A stretch of DNA of 64,000 nt from the NCBI GenBank assembly GCA_030324005.1, contig JARDVH010000124.1, forward strand, positions 27,011,296 to 27,075,295, in the 5' to 3' direction. Both the position numbers and the translations under genes were made by a program. The notes under the pieces were generated by a model. The model was given only the letters and a program-made list of their open reading frames with translations. It was not told the origin of the DNA and did no database searches. Position 1 is the stretch's first letter. Each line of letters opens with the position of its first letter. Below, one piece after another: positions 1-13,691 of this stretch. Origin of the DNA: Negaprion brevirostris. Taxonomy: Eukaryota.

Positions 1-959
1 TCTGCTGTATTTTATTTTTATTGATATGATATGAGTTTTGCACCCCTGCAAAACTCATATCATATCAGGAAAAGGATAAATGAAAGGGGAGAAAATGTTG
101 ACAAGTAAAGTTTGCCATGTACTATTTCCATTTATTGCTGTTCTTTTAGATTGCCCTAAGATCCAGCTATAATGATGATTGTAGCAGCCAAGCATTGCAG
201 CCATTACTTTTGATTATATTGCCTGAACGCTTTAGTTCTTGCTTCAACAGGGCTTAGTACTTTGGCGTTCTAAGTCTTGATATTATCCTCCGTCCCTTTC
301 AGGATAACATCAGGACTGTAAGCCAAAATGTGGCCTGTAGCCAAGCAATTCACAAAAGGACCTGGCTGTCCAATAAAAAAGGTGAGACATACAGCACCTT
401 AATGCTTTGACAGAGGAACACAATGAGATAAATGACAGTGTAAACTCTGAGGCAGCAAAAGAAAATTGGAAATACAGAAGTGGTGCCAGCTAAAGACTGG
501 CAAAAAGGTTTATTTTCTAAAAGGCTGTAACTTCATGTCTTATTATTTTCTTTTGTAAATCCCACTGACTTAAAAAATATTTTTGCAAACAGTTTGCATA
601 GTTTTTAATATGTACTTTTAACCCTCTCTAAAATGATACTCTAGTCTCTGCCTCAGTAGCCACTTGTAGTGAAATATCTCCTGATCGAATAGCCTTCAGT
701 TCAAAAACATATTTTTCCATTCCTTCTTGATTCTTTCAGAGGGAATCCTTCATTTCTCTCCCCTTGCTTCCCATTCACCCACAAATGGAAATTATCTTGT
801 ATTATTCACCCAATATGAAATCCTCATCTTTCACTTATCCCTTCTCTCAGCGCCGTTCCTACTCATCACGTTACTGCTACTTCTTTCAGCTCTACGGGGA
901 ATGTTGGGCCCCCATATCTATTTCATTCTTCGGATCTCTCTTGTCCTCTTTCCCCCAAC

Positions 960-1345
960 ACTGCATCTGAACAAAGATCCCCAGACTTCTTTTCTCCAGT
1001 GTCCATGTCTTACCCCAGACCATTTTTCAGTCACCCTCTCTCAAGCAAGTTCTCCTCCCCAATTACCATTCCCAAGTCCCCGTCTCTCTAAGAAACCCAG
1101 TCTCCCTCTGCCCCATACCCAGTTTATCATCATTTTTTGTCCCCAAACCCAATTCTCATCTTTTCGTCACCCTCAGTCCCAGTCACCGATTCTATTTTCT
1201 CCTCTGAGCTCTAAACCCTCTCTCTAGATCCTATTAATTCTAGCCCCATACGTCTATCAGTTCTGTCTCTCTAACCAACCCTCCTCCTATCCTGTTGCCA
1301 ACTCCTATTAACTGGCTGATCTCATTTCTTGCCATCCCTCTCCCT
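960..1345. repeat. Pyrimidine-rich low-complexity / degenerate tandem tract
   Basis: Recurrent cccca/ccagtc/tctctc motifs. Explains the Pro/Ser/Leu-rich ORF 727-1227. Confidence 0.5.
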
Positions 1346-1811
1346 AACTCTCCACAGTGGGGAGTTCTCATCACCAATCTGATAGCCCCCAGTATGGCAG
1401 CAACCAGTGGCATCATGGAATGGGGATGAGGGAAGAAGGGATAAGGAGAATTATAAGTTCATGTCAATTCACAGATTTGGAACTGATTTCCACTGCAAGA
1501 ATTTTAACAACACACCTTGTAGACAAGTGGGGAATTATTGGGAGCAATTTCTGGATTTTTACGTTTAACTATGTATGGGTAGGTACCAGATGCTACTGTT
1601 CGTTTGCATAATTAGAGCAAGCACCAATAGTTTTACTGCCATTGCAACTGCACAGTTTGAAATAATGAAGTACATGTTTCAGTGTACAGCTCATTGACCT
1701 TATCCCAATCTAACATTAGAATACAAGCCCTCAAATTTAACACAATAAATAACTATAAAGCTTTGAACAGATTTTTTTTTGATTCAATGATTACTGCTTA
1801 GTGAAAGCCTT

Positions 1812-2340
1812 AGGGGATGATCTTACCAAAAAAATTCTAAGTGCCTAACAATTGTGAAAGTGGGAGAGAATCGCACCCATTTGTTTGGGCAAGGTCTTAG
1901 ATGCAATTGTATGGCATTTAGGAAAAAATGAATCTGTGTGTGATTCTCACCAGCAAGGGAAGGGGGTGGAGCCTATCCATGCTGGGAAGCTGGCTGTTGA
2001 GCTCTACAGGCATCATTGCGCAGGCAACCCAATCACTGGGAGGTCTGTCACTCCCACGCCCCTCCCCCAGTCACAGCCCCAGTCAATCCCCACACCCAAT
2101 TGCCACCCCAGCTGATCGCTGGCTCCTTTTGTACAGCTACTCTGGCCAATCACTGCCCCCAACCTTCTGATCACAACTCCAGCTGAATCCCAAACCAACC
2201 CTCTCCTCCCCCTGATGCAGAGTACCCAATTCTCTCTCTCCAAGGTACTCCCCTCATCTCCCCATCATGGCCCTGCCCCTTCAGGCCCCACCCCCTTGGC
2301 TGTCAGGGTGCCAATGACTGCCAATTCCAGCCCTTGCTTT
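1812..2340. mobile_element. Harbinger-type MITE fragment
   Basis: Starts ggggatgatcttacc...ttctaagtgc, resembling the left end of the element at 62848 (gctattttacc...ttctaagtgc). C-rich interior; right end not found. Confidence 0.45.
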
Positions 2341-2344
2341 TACA

Positions 2345-3135
2345 TAGGGCATTTTATTACATTAAAGGCATTATAATAAAAACTTGACATTGGGATTCAT
2401 AAAGCAATATTAGAACAGGTGGCCAAAGGCTTGTTTAAAGAACTGTTTTAAGCAGTGTCTTAAAAGAAGAAAGAGAAGTGGAGAGGCAGAGAGGTATAAA
2501 GAGGGAATTCCAGAGTAGAGGGCAAAGATGCTATCACTGATGGTGAAATGATGAAAATCAGGGGTGCACAAGAGGCCAGAATCAGAGGAGCACCTTAGAA
2601 GGGTATAAGGCTGGAGAGGACAAATAGGGAGATAGGGAGGGGCAAAGTGATGGAGGGATTTGAAAACAATGATGAGAATTTTAATATCATAGAATCAACA
2701 GTGTAGAATCCCATCCAGGCCCTATTCCTGTAACCCCTTATATTTACCCTGGTAATCCCCCTGACACTATGGTTAATTTAGCATAGCCAATCCACCTAAC
2801 CCACACATCTTTGGAGTGTGGGACGAAATTGGAGCACCTGGAGGAAACCCATACAGACACAGGGAGAATGTGGAAATCCACACAGACAGTGACCTAAGCC
2901 GGGAATTGAACCCAGGTTCCTGATGCTGTGAGGTAACGGTGCTAACCACTGTGCCACTCCATGGGGAGGCATTGCAGATCCAGGAGCCAATGTAGGTTAA
3001 TGAACACGCACATGATAGATGAAATGGACTTGGTGTGAGTTAGGGCATGGACAAAAGAATTTTGAATGACGGGATGAATGTGGGATGCTGACCAGGAGTG
3101 CATCAGAAAAATCAAGCACGGAAGTAACAAAAGCA
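2345..3135 (-). mobile_element. L2-like LINE 3' fragment, split by a SINE
   Basis: ttttaagcagtgtcttaaaagaagaaagagaagtggagaggcagagagg...gggaattccagag resembles the antisense 3' region of vertebrate L2-clade LINEs. Resumes after 2960. Confidence 0.55.
2686..2957 (-). mobile_element. HE1-like tRNA-derived V-SINE (CR1-type tail)
   Basis: Reverse strand has A-box tggcacagtggttagca and B-box ggttcaattcc; body ggagcacctggaggaaaccc shared with about 9 other copies here. Confidence 0.9.
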
Positions 3136-5065
3136 TACTATTGGCTATGATATAATTGGATGACTATCTCAAGTATTCTTAGATGCCAAAATGAATTACG
3201 AAATTGACATTCTTTGTGGAATATATAACTTGACAATGACAATGGATTAATGATCTGGTACTTTTAACTTTTAGAACATTTTTTACCTCTCTACTGTGAG
3301 TTAAAACTAAATAGATTCATATTATTTCCTAATATTAAACCAACTCTTGGTGAATAAGCATTTGGTCTGGGGAACAGAATGAATTTTGAAAGTAAATAGG
3401 ATGTTTCTAACTAAACTAATATAAACATTTTTAACCCAGTTTACACAGGTGATTGAATTCAATTTAGACCTATTGATCAGAACTGAATTCAATCTCCCTT
3501 AGTGTTTAAGTGGCACCTTCTCCCTCAAGCAATACTGCTCTTGATGACTGTGTATCGATAGTTCTGTGTTGTACATTACTGAAGATACAATCTCCAATGA
3601 AAGATAGATTGCAAAAACCAAAATAAACAAAATGATTCTATAGGAGGACAACTATCAATTGCCATTTAAATTTGACAATTACATGCAAACACAATTCAAA
3701 CTGTTTTGAGTTGCATGGGGTAATGGAAGGATGTCTTATTTCTTTACAGTTCCAGCCAACTAAATTAAACTTGATTGCTTGTACATTGTTGGTCCTTAAA
3801 CATCTGTAGAGTTAGTATAAAACCAGACTGGGCTGAAGGGATAACTCAATAACTGGGAATTCAGATTAGAAGGTCATTCACCTTATTTGCTATTTGTGGG
3901 ATCCCACTGTGTACAAACTGGCATCCTCATGTATTCATAGAAGAGCAGCATTTGCAAAGCAATGTGTTGGATATAAAATATTTTGGAGCATCCTGAAACT
4001 GAGATTTTTAATAATTTTTCTGTGCTGCTCAATCAACATAATCATTGAAAACTATGGCTTTTAGTCAGATGATGATATTTTAATTTCAATTATAATGTCA
4101 ACAGTCCTAGACTAATTTCAGCAGAGGTTTTACTAATATGTTTGATCAGGCTTGTCCAATTAGCTTTGAAAATTTAATTTATGCATCTCAGCCTCTTCCC
4201 ATTACTGATCCAAGCTAGGTTTTGTCACTGGAATCATTCCACTAGAATCAATGATAGTGATTTATTTTTAGAGTTCAAATTTATCATAAAGTCATGTCCT
4301 TTGAGCGATTAAACCACTTTCAGTCATATACCATTTCATACCTACATTTAAATTTTGAGTAATAGAAAATCCATGAAATAAAGGACACCTATTTATTTAA
4401 TTTTTAAAACTCCAATTCAATAATAACATCTTTCAATATTGTCACCTATATGGTTCTTATGGGGAGTGGGGGAGTGCTTAAGCAAAACAATTCTGCTCAA
4501 ATTTATATTTATTTTTTGCTAGTGTATGTACTTAATTTGCTTTCATGTGTCACCAGATCGTGACAAGTAATTAGTGTTTGTTGTGAAATATTAACTTCAT
4601 TTCCAAGCAAAAATTCAAACAATATATAAATATGTCATCAATCTCTAACAACAATTGTGTAGTATGGAAACTAATTCATTGGTTTGACCCAATCTGTGAA
4701 AAATTGTGTGGTTTTGCTAATAATTCTCATTTTATAATAAAATTGCTAACATTCACAGAGCACGATGTACAGATCTGACAATATACAGTTCTGCTATCTC
4801 ACCTCTGTGTCACCCCAATAAAGTACGGTTCAGCAATCACTTCCTTATGTTAAAGATGGCATCCTTAACATGTTGAGTATATACTATAATCTATGCAGTT
4901 TGCCACTGAGAATTAAATGCAAATTTAACAAACAGTAGTTTCAAAACATGATGAAAGGGACTGCCAATTTCTAATCTTATTTGTGTTACAATTGGATCAA
5001 CATTAAGTTCATCTATATTAACCTTACCCCTTAGGCTTTTAGCTAAATAGTGCTACTGAGTCATT

Positions 5066-5360
5066 TAAAGTTTATTTATTATTGTCAGAAGTAGGCTTAC
5101 ATCAACACTACAATGAAGTTACTGTGAAAACCCCTTAGTCATCGCACTCTGCTGCCTGTTTGGGTACACTGAGGGAGAATTTAGCATGGTCAATGCACCT
5201 AACCAATCCATCTTTCAGACTGTGGGAGAAAATTGGAGCACCCAATAGAAACCCACGCAGCCATGGGGAGAATGTGCAAATTTCATACAGATAGTGACCC
5301 AAGATGGGAATCGAACCCGGGGTCCCTGGCATTGTGACGCAGCAGTATCAACCACTGTGT
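5066..5360 (-). mobile_element. HE1-like SINE (alternative tail)
   Basis: Same head and body as the other copies (gggttcgattccc B-box), but the tail is ...cacagtaacttcattgtagtgttgatgtaagcctacttctgacaataataaataaac. Confidence 0.9.
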
Positions 5361-6563
5361 AATGTGTCATCTACATTTAAAGGATTAAGTAGCAGTTTCA
5401 AGAACTCCTAGCTCTGTAATTGTAATGATCATTTCCTAATGCACACTGCCAAAGCATAATCATATTTTGCACAAACATCTCTTTTCATTATCAATTTGCA
5501 CTGAAGAATCTTAAATAAAGCTAAGAGTTCATGTATTGTTTTTGGTTTGTTCTTTGTTAATTATTAACTCCCTGCATTACATTTTTTCCAATGTTGTTAA
5601 TCTTTCTCTTTTAATCCTTGTATATGTACAACACATACCATGATGCCCCTTCAGCAAAGTTCACATTTTACGGGTTGTTTCCAGTCTCCCTCCATTTAGG
5701 ATTAGCTAGCACAATGAATATCTCTCCATTTGACATCATGATTGTTGTATTTTTACCCTTATTTTGTTATCCACCTTATTATAGTGAGCTACCACTTTGC
5801 AGCTTTCTCTTAGAGTCAAAGGTAAATTAATGTATTGCTTCAACTCTTCTGATGTGGACTATAGGATAAAACACTGCTGAGATTCAACTCCCAAAATTAG
5901 GCATCTATCCAAAAACAAGATGAGTACTGACAAAATTAATTAGATATAAACTTAGCTAATCGACCACTCAAAGTATGCATTCATTTGAATTGGTATTGCC
6001 CCCAAAAATTCTGGAAACATTGCTTTCCACAATAACATTTTGTTAAGCCAAAGCATAAACAAATTGCATGCTGCTTCCTTCTAGCCACTGATATTTTTGT
6101 GTCTTTTTATTTCAAAGTATAGAGACCACATGTGCAGTGACCAGAGGGAGTAATCAGCTGCTAGATTCCTCTAGGCAGTACTGCTGCTGCACAAAAGACT
6201 TCATTTCAAATAATCAGCTTGATGACCTATCCCAGAGAATCCATTACACTGCTCTCTCTCCCCTGCTATATCATTAACAGTTGGCTACACATTTTGAATT
6301 AAATGTAGAAAAGCATTCGCCATAGTTTGCACTAAAAATAACAGCATTCACTGTTATTGGGGAGAAAATTGGACAGCAACTTCCAGTGTTCTCACATGCA
6401 CAATTAAACATGGAAATCAGAAAGTTCCTGTCTAACATCCCCTGCTCCTTACAAGCTTTGCCACACTGGTACCTCGCCGACAGACTTGAACATTGAAATA
6501 CATGTAACAACATGACGTTGCGGTAATTACCTAAGAGTTACCAACTAAACATTTCAGAAAAGT

Positions 6564-6755
6564 AGGGTTTGTGCATTGTGCCTACTTGTGATTCCACTGG
6601 GTGCTTTGGTTTCCCCCACAGTTCAAAGGTGTGCAGGTTAGGTGGTTCGACCATGGTAAATGCATGGGATTATGGGGGTAGCGTATGGAGGTGGGCAGGA
6701 TAAGATGTTCTGCCAGAGAGTTGATGCAGATGTGATGGGCTGTATGGATTCTATG
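6564..6755 (+). mobile_element. Old 5'-truncated HE1-like SINE
   Basis: gggtgctttggtttcccccacagttcaaaggtgtgcaggttaggtgg body and ggattctatg tail. Confidence 0.7.
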
Positions 6756-8549
6756 TATGAGTGGAAATTTTAATGCTGTGATAAAACTTAAATTGCTGTC
6801 AAACAATCCGCATTGAAATTTACTTCTACAAGTGTGAAATGTCATTCCTTCAGCTTTTAATTATTGTTAGATGTTTTTAAATATATATATATATACTATA
6901 TATTTCTCTCTCAAACTCATCTTTCTTTCCCTATCTTTGCTGTAGCTAATTTGAAGTGCATTAAATGCTCTACTTTAGACTCCGTAAACTTGATCTCAAT
7001 TCTTTCAAAACCCACATTATAACAGTTGGTGAATGTAATTTTAAGTTTTAATTTTAAAATGTAATTTTAACTTGTCTTGAGTTAAAATCCAGCCAACTGT
7101 GTCTCAGTGAGGATTTTCCAATCTGACTGACGTGATGGGATGAAGTTTCTTGGCACATGTAGGTAAACTTGCCATCAGGAGGAGTTGGGAAAGCCATATT
7201 GCGTTAGTTCTCCATGTCTTCCCCTGCCAGGCAAATTCCCCAAAAGCAGCCAGAGAGAGTTCTGGGAGCAGAATTTCACTAACCAATGGAAGGTATTGAT
7301 TGAAGTTGTTAAAAGGGTCATTAATGGCAATTTCATGCAGTACTTTGAATTTTGTGGATGCCACACAAGTCCTTCACCAGATCGAATGAGGCAAGAACAC
7401 AGCAGGAGTAATTGTTTGCCTGTAACTGAACAGCATTAAGCTGTGCAGAGTTTCTGTGCAGCAAGGATCAGGGCTGCCATTGGAAGGGAATCTGCTTTAA
7501 ATGCATTCCTCTGTCGAGGAACAGCTGCGGAGGCCAATAATTGTGTTGAGGGATTTAAAATACACTGGGACTAAAACACTAATAAAGATTATTAAACAGA
7601 GTGAATTAACTTAGGATGAGTCACCGACTTCCTTATACATATATTTAACAGAGGTACTGTCTGCATAGAAACACATGTAACCACATGCATTTCTGAAAGT
7701 GTATTATTGAAAAAGCATGCATCTTGGCTAATGGCACAGAGTTCTAAGGCATCATGGGAAATTGTTAGGTAAAGTGGACCACATTCTTTGTAACAATACA
7801 CTCAGAAATGTTGCTGTTATCGGCATGGGCTCTAGACAGTCCTCATGAATATAATATTTCATCAGCCAAGGACAAAGCCAATGATCCCAGACAGCTTAAT
7901 GAATAAGCAAAGTATTAAGATAGTCTGGAGCAATCAACACGTGGCCATGGGAAAGACAGTCAGAAATCACTCCTAAGCACTGTTCCCATGGTGTCAGAGA
8001 ATAAATGTAATTGGTCAAGGTATTTACTAACAATGATTGACCTGTACTGATGGTGGTTGGTTCATTTCTGACTGGGATGAGGCAGTGGGAATTGGAAATT
8101 ATATAATTATATTGCCAATATGATGTAACTTCAGAGAAGTGTTGGAACTTTTCTCAGCACTTTTCTTCCAGCATATGTTGGTCAATAAAGAATGTCTTTC
8201 ACAAGGATACTGTTATTGTGAGTCTTTGTATTAGCTGAAGTTTGGCTCAATACTTAGCCCTAAAACCTCTACAAATTGGAAGGTTTTCTTGCAGGAATCC
8301 TGTTGCAAGCCCAGGCAAGGCAAGGGAGTCAACACCCATCGAGAAGTGTTGGCTGCAAAAGGGAGAGTTGATACCCTGCACTCAAGAATTTGTCTTCCCC
8401 AAGCAAGAGGAAGGTGAATGAGAGGAATTTCAAAGTCATGTGGGAGCAAACAATACTGGGCAAAAGAGTGCCAAGGGAATGATGCTATGCTGGCATGTAT
8501 GGAGAGTGCATAGGGCACTAAAACAGTCAAATGCCCAAAGTAGACACTA

Positions 8550-8863
8550 CTCAGTATAATTTGACCTCAGTCAAAGGTTTGGGTTCATGGAACTGTTGGA
8601 GAACTAATCTCTCCAAAGACTGCCATCAGGACATGTGGTGACTAACCTGTGTGGCATGCTGGGAAAAATGTTGTGGCCACTGGGATAAGGTGACCATGGC
8701 TCTCAACCTTTTTGCTACAGGTCATTCCGGGGATTGTCTGGAAACATTTGTGGGATCTTGCTATCTATGGCCCATCCTAGCATAAGGTAGATGATGGATG
8801 TCTTGCTCACAAAAGCAGATGAATATGTAAGATTCTGGACCCATAATACAAGTCATACTAACA
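8550..8863 (+). pseudogene. Harbinger (HARBI1-family) transposase, N-terminal relic
   Basis: Translates, with frameshift and stop, to KVTMALNLFATG..GNICGI..SMAHPSIR*MMDVLLTKADEYVRF, the typical Harbinger helix-turn-helix region. Confidence 0.75.
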
Positions 8864-9255
8864 GACCTGAGAACACCACGCTCGTATTTTAAGAAAGCAG
8901 ATTTAGCTAAAGTTAATTGGTAAACAAATATAAAAAGATAGAACAGTAGAGATACAACAGCAAATTGTTAAGGAGAAATTGAAGAACTCTCAGCAAAGGT
9001 TCCTCATGGTGAGAAAGAAAGACACCAAGGCTGAATAAGTGAGTTAAGGATTACCAAATTGAAAGAAACACCGTACAAATCTACAATGATTAGTGTTCTG
9101 TCATAAGATAGGTCCAAATTTTAAGAACAGGAACAAATGACTAAAACAAAATGGGAGAAAGAAGAGTATGAGTGAAAGCTAGCTAGTTAGATAAAAGCAG
9201 ATAGCAAGAGTTTCTACAAGGACTTAAGTAGGAAGAGAGTGCTAGTCCTCTAGAG

Positions 9256-9738
9256 CAGTGATTCCCAACCAGTGTGCCACAGTACTGGTCTGTTATGAAA
9301 TCCCCTCAAGTGTGCCACAAAAAAAATTTAAAATGATTCAAAATTCATGTAATTAAACTAAATTTGTCTTCAGCTCTGTGGTTGGCATCTCCAAGACTTG
9401 ACGAATCTTGAGCCTCCCACATATTCGCTAGCTAGGAAAGAGTAATATATGCGTGGTTTAGATTTTTTATGTTGGCCAGGCCCAAGTTCATGTCCAACAG
9501 GACTTGGAGCTGAAGACAAAGGTCCCATGTGCCTGCAAGAAAAGCAAAAACTTGAAAAGAAGGCAAAAACCCTGGGAGAAGCTGGAGAGACAAGGAGAGA
9601 TTAAAATAGAACAAGCGACAGGACAGAGAGAAGTTAAAATGAAGTTCCCATTCAGGGAAAAAGACAGAGAAACTAGAAGGTGTGCCTCCATTTTATTTTT
9701 ATGGTATGTCATGACTAATAAAACGTTGGGAACCACTG
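9256..9738. mobile_element. hAT-Charlie-type MITE inserted in the CR1
   Basis: TIRs cagtgattcccaac / gttgggaaccactg; 8-bp TSD ctctagag / ctttggag (Charlie-type NTCTAGAN site). The LINE resumes on both sides. Confidence 0.85.
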
Positions 9739-10666
9739 CTTTGGAGAGAGTGAGTCTGGGGGATTGATAATGGGAAAACAAAAGAGTGGCAGAGGCATTG
9801 AACACATATTTTGTGTCTGTCCTCACCATAGAAAACTTTGAAAATTTCCCAAAGATACTTGAAAATCAAGAGATGGACAGGAGGGAGGAACATAAACAAT
9901 GACTATCTGAGAGAAAGGTGCTGGGAAAACTATTAGACCTAAATGCCAAGGAGTTCCCAGGACAAAAAGGCCTGCATCATAGGCTCTTAAAAAAAGTGGT
10001 TGCAGAGATGGTAGACATATTGACTACAATCATCTAAAATTCTTTAGATTCTGGAAGGGTCCCACTGAATTGGAAAAAGCAGATGTAATATATCTATTCA
10101 AGAAAGAAGGGAGAAGTCAAGAAATTACAAGCCAGTTAGTCCAACATCTGTCCTAGTGAAATTGCTGGAATCCATTATTAAAGAAGGTTTTAGCAGGATA
10201 CTTTGATCAGGCAGAGCCAACATGGGCTTGTCAAAAGGGAAATTATATTGGTTTTTTGAGAAAGTAACAAGTAAAATGAATAAAGGGAAACCTGTAGAAA
10301 TGGTGTATTTGGATTTCCAGAAGGCATTTGATAAGGTACTACATCAAAAACTATTACACAAAATAGGATTACATGGTGTAGAGGGATATATTAACATGGA
10401 TAAAGGATTGGTTAGTTAACAGAGCTTGGGAAGAAGGGGTACTTTTCAGGTTGGTAAGCTTTGACAAGTGGAATGCTATAGCGATCTCAGTGCTGGGGCC
10501 TCGACTATTTACAATCTACATCTATGACTTGGATGAAGCGACTGAATGTATTGTAGCTAAATTTGCCGATGATACCAAGATAGGCAGGAAAGTAAGGTGT
10601 CAAGAGGAGGTGGAAAGTCTGCAAATGGATGCAGACAGATTAAATGATTGGCAAAAAATTGGCAGC

Positions 10667-11097
10667 TGTTGAGGTGGATAAGGACTTCAGTACAGTACAA
10701 CAAACACTTGAATAAAGTGCACACATGGTTTTTCATGTGGTCAAGAGAATTCTAGTTCTATAGTAACAAGAGCCACTTTTATGCTCAAAGATGACAAGAA
10801 GACACATACTCATTATTTTGCACATACTCATTTACTTAGAAAAACTGCAGGCACCACTTCAACGGTTGTTCTTAACACCTGTAGCAGAATTTAGTTTATT
10901 TATGATAACTACTATCTACTACCTGAGCTGCATCATGCTGTGCTTCGCTACACACTTTGCAATTTCATTGTCTAGGTTACAATATTCCATCTTAGACTCA
11001 TTTCTCAAGTACATAATTTAACAATTTATGCTAAGCTTCCCAGTGTTCTCTACATTTCACTGTGTTAGTCTGTCTGACCCAAACATGTGCCCTAACA
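10667..11097. mobile_element. Solo-LTR-like insertion in the CR1
   Basis: 431 bp with tgttgagg...cctaaca ends (TG..CA), interrupting the LINE WQMEYN region (ggcagc|gagtgtaatg). No clean TSD. Confidence 0.55.
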
Positions 11098-11550
11098 GAG
11101 TGTAATGCAAGAAAACATGGACTTGTTCATTTTGTCAGGAAGAATAGAAAAACTGTATACTATTTAAGTGGAGAGAGGTTGCAGAACTTGGTGGCACAGA
11201 AGGATTGAGGTGCCCTAGCACAGAAATCACAACATTTTAGTTTGCAGGTACAGTAAGCAACTAGGAAGACAAATGGAATGTTGTCATTTATTACAAGTGG
11301 AATGGAATATAAAAACAGGGAAGTTTTTACTGCAGCTGTACAGGGCACTGGGGAAGCCAAATCTGGTGTATTGTATACAGTTTTGGTCTTATTTGAAAAA
11401 AAGATATAATTGAATTGGGAGCAGTTCAGAGAACATTCATTGGACTTACACCTGGGACAAAGGGCTTATCTTAAGAAGAAAGTTTGAACATGTTGGGTCT
11501 ATACCCATTGAAGTTTTGAAGAATGAGAGGTGATTGTATTAAAACACAAG

Positions 11551-12170
11551 GGGTGGAATTTTCCAGTCCCACCCCCATGGGAATAGTGGTGGGCAGGACA
11601 TGGAAATTATTGAAACCCTACAGTGTAGAAAGAGGCCATTTGGCCCATCGAGTCTGCACCAACCACAATCCCATCCAGGCCCTACCCCCATATCCTACAC
11701 ATTTACCTGCTAATCCCTCTAACCTATGCATCTCAGGACAATTTTAGCATGGCCAATGAACCTAACCTGCACATCTTTAGACTGTGGGAGGAAACTGGAG
11801 CACCCAGAGAAAACCCACGCAGACACAAGGAGAATGTGCAAACTCCACACAGACAGCAACCCAAGCCGGGAATTGAACCCAAGTCCCTGGAGCTGTGAAG
11901 CAGCAGTGCTAACCATTGTGCTACCNNNNNNNNNNNNNNNNNNNNNNNNNNNNNNNNNNNNNNNNNNNNNNNNNNNNNNNNNNNNNNNNNNNNNNNNNNN
12001 NNNNNNNNNNNNNNNNNNNNNNNNNCCCAAGGTGGGAATCGAACCCAGGTCCTGGAGCTGTGAAGCAGCAGTGCTAACCAGTGTGCTACCATGCCGCCCA
12101 ATGGACCATGTGAAGGTCCGTTGTCCTCATTTTCCGACATTGGGGCAAGCACATCCAGGAAATCCCACCC
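11551..12170. mobile_element. Harbinger-type MITE inserted in the CR1
   Basis: TIRs gggtggaattttcc / ggaaatcccaccc; aag on both flanks (3-bp TSD). Confidence 0.75.
11610..12098 (-). mobile_element. HE1-like SINE(s) inside the MITE, spanning an N-gap
   Basis: Near-complete copy at 11610-11925 and a second head at 12026-12098 (ggcggcatggtagcacactggttagca on the reverse strand). Confidence 0.9.
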
Positions 12171-12548
12171 AAGATGTCTACGACACAAGATTCTCTGGCT
12201 CGAAGATGGTAGGTGGATTTGATAGGGTAGATAGGGAGGATAATTCCATTTGTATGAGAGGCTAAAACCAGGGGGCAGGGGATCTACTGTTGACAGAAAT
12301 GAAGAGACTTTTCCTCTCAAAGGGACATTAGTCCCCAAAAAGCAGTGGAGAGTAAGGATCATTGAATTTACTCAAGGCTGTTAGATGGAGTTTTGATTGA
12401 CAAGGGAGTCAAGAGCTATGGGGGAGGGAGGGAGGGGTTGGGTACACGTGGTGAGACCACAGCCAAATAAAGCCACAATCTACTGAATGGCAGAACAGGC
12501 TTTAAGAGCTAATTGGCCTTTTTCTGATTACAAGTCTTATGTTCCAAT

Positions 12549-13110
12549 GGGCATTGGCATTGACACATTGACAGGATCCTTTCAGGTCCAGGAGATGATT
12601 GAGTGCATGAACGTGACTATCAAGGCTCTCTCAGAACAACCAGTTGCTGTCATTAGCAGGAAAGAGTTTCGCTTCCTCTATGTGTTGATCATGTGCAAAA
12701 GGATCCTGCAGTGTGTGCTAGGCTCCAGGAAGCTGTCATGACTCTTTAACTGGGGCAATCCTAGATGCTTCAATTGTTCCCTGCATCAGAAAGCCTTTGT
12801 GGTTCGATCCTGCGTGACAAGGCATATCCACTGAGGCTGTAGCTGCTCCCACCAATGGAAAGAAACATGCAACCTCAGCCATCTAAGTGCTAGGGTGATC
12901 ATTGAGCAGTCTGAAAATGTGCATCAGATGTTTCACCCACTCTGGGGAAAACTACCCAATGTGGCTCCATAAGTGGCTCCTGTAGCGTGGTGATATGTTG
13001 TGCCACAATCTGACATGCCAAGGAGTTGAACTGATTCTCTTTAGCGCGCTACCTTCTCTGCTGGGAAGGATGAAGGGCAAGCACTGTTTGAATCTGAGAA
13101 AATGACCATG
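12549..13110 (+). pseudogene. Harbinger transposase, catalytic (DDE_Tnp_4) relic
   Basis: GSFQVQEMIECMNVTIKALSEQPVAVISRKEFRFL..KRILQ..GSCHDS parallels GFPQVQGAIDCTHVAIKAP..NRKGFHS..PGSCHDS and the copy at 49093. Confidence 0.8.
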
Positions 13111-13691
13111 CATAGGATGTGTCAATGGCTGTTGTCATTTACATACACACAAGGGAAACTTGTAACATATATGAAACTCTAAATCTTATACAATGAGGTT
13201 TTTACATATTCACTTCTGGGTGCTTGTTCATTGTGCTGCTACTGTGGCTGGAGCTGATATGGGCCAGAATATCGAACTTGCTGCTGCAATGCATTAGGTA
13301 CCCTTGAAAGATGACCTTTGGATTGCGGAGCCCTTGAGGGGCTCTGCATAAACTGGGCCACTTGAAATGTGTACGGGCACCTTGTCATCGGAGTTGGAAA
13401 CAGTGCCCTATCATAAAATTGGTTTTAAAACTAGCCCTTTTTGAGACTGTTCCAGAATAGACACATTCCTTGGATGATCGTTTTCACTTAAGGTTGAGAA
13501 AGACAGACCTCACAAATACTTAAATGGTTCTAAAGAACTGAACTCACTCTCCCTGAAGGAGTTACCAGAGAATAGGACCATCCTCCAGATAGCCTTTATA
13601 ATAAGTTTTCACCCAATTATAACAACCTGGATTTAATAAGAGTACAGGCATCATTCCTCAGTAATGTATCTCTCCACTGACAAGTGTACGG

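Larger units (their letters stand above)
8864..12548 (+). mobile_element. CR1-clade LINE (decayed ORF2 RT plus 3' tail), with three internal insertions
   Basis: VEMVYLDFQKAFDKVLHQKLLHKI, SVLGPRLFTIYIYDLDE, VAKFADDTKIGR; tail ...tacaagtcttatgttcc. Confidence 0.92.

Noticed and set aside
727-1227. 166-aa ORF
   Set aside because: Non-ATG start; product of pyrimidine-rich low-complexity sequence that is poor in stop codons.
11870-12098. Tandem SINE dimer
   Set aside because: The two heads flank a 100-N gap and may be the same or a misplaced copy; cannot be resolved from this assembly.
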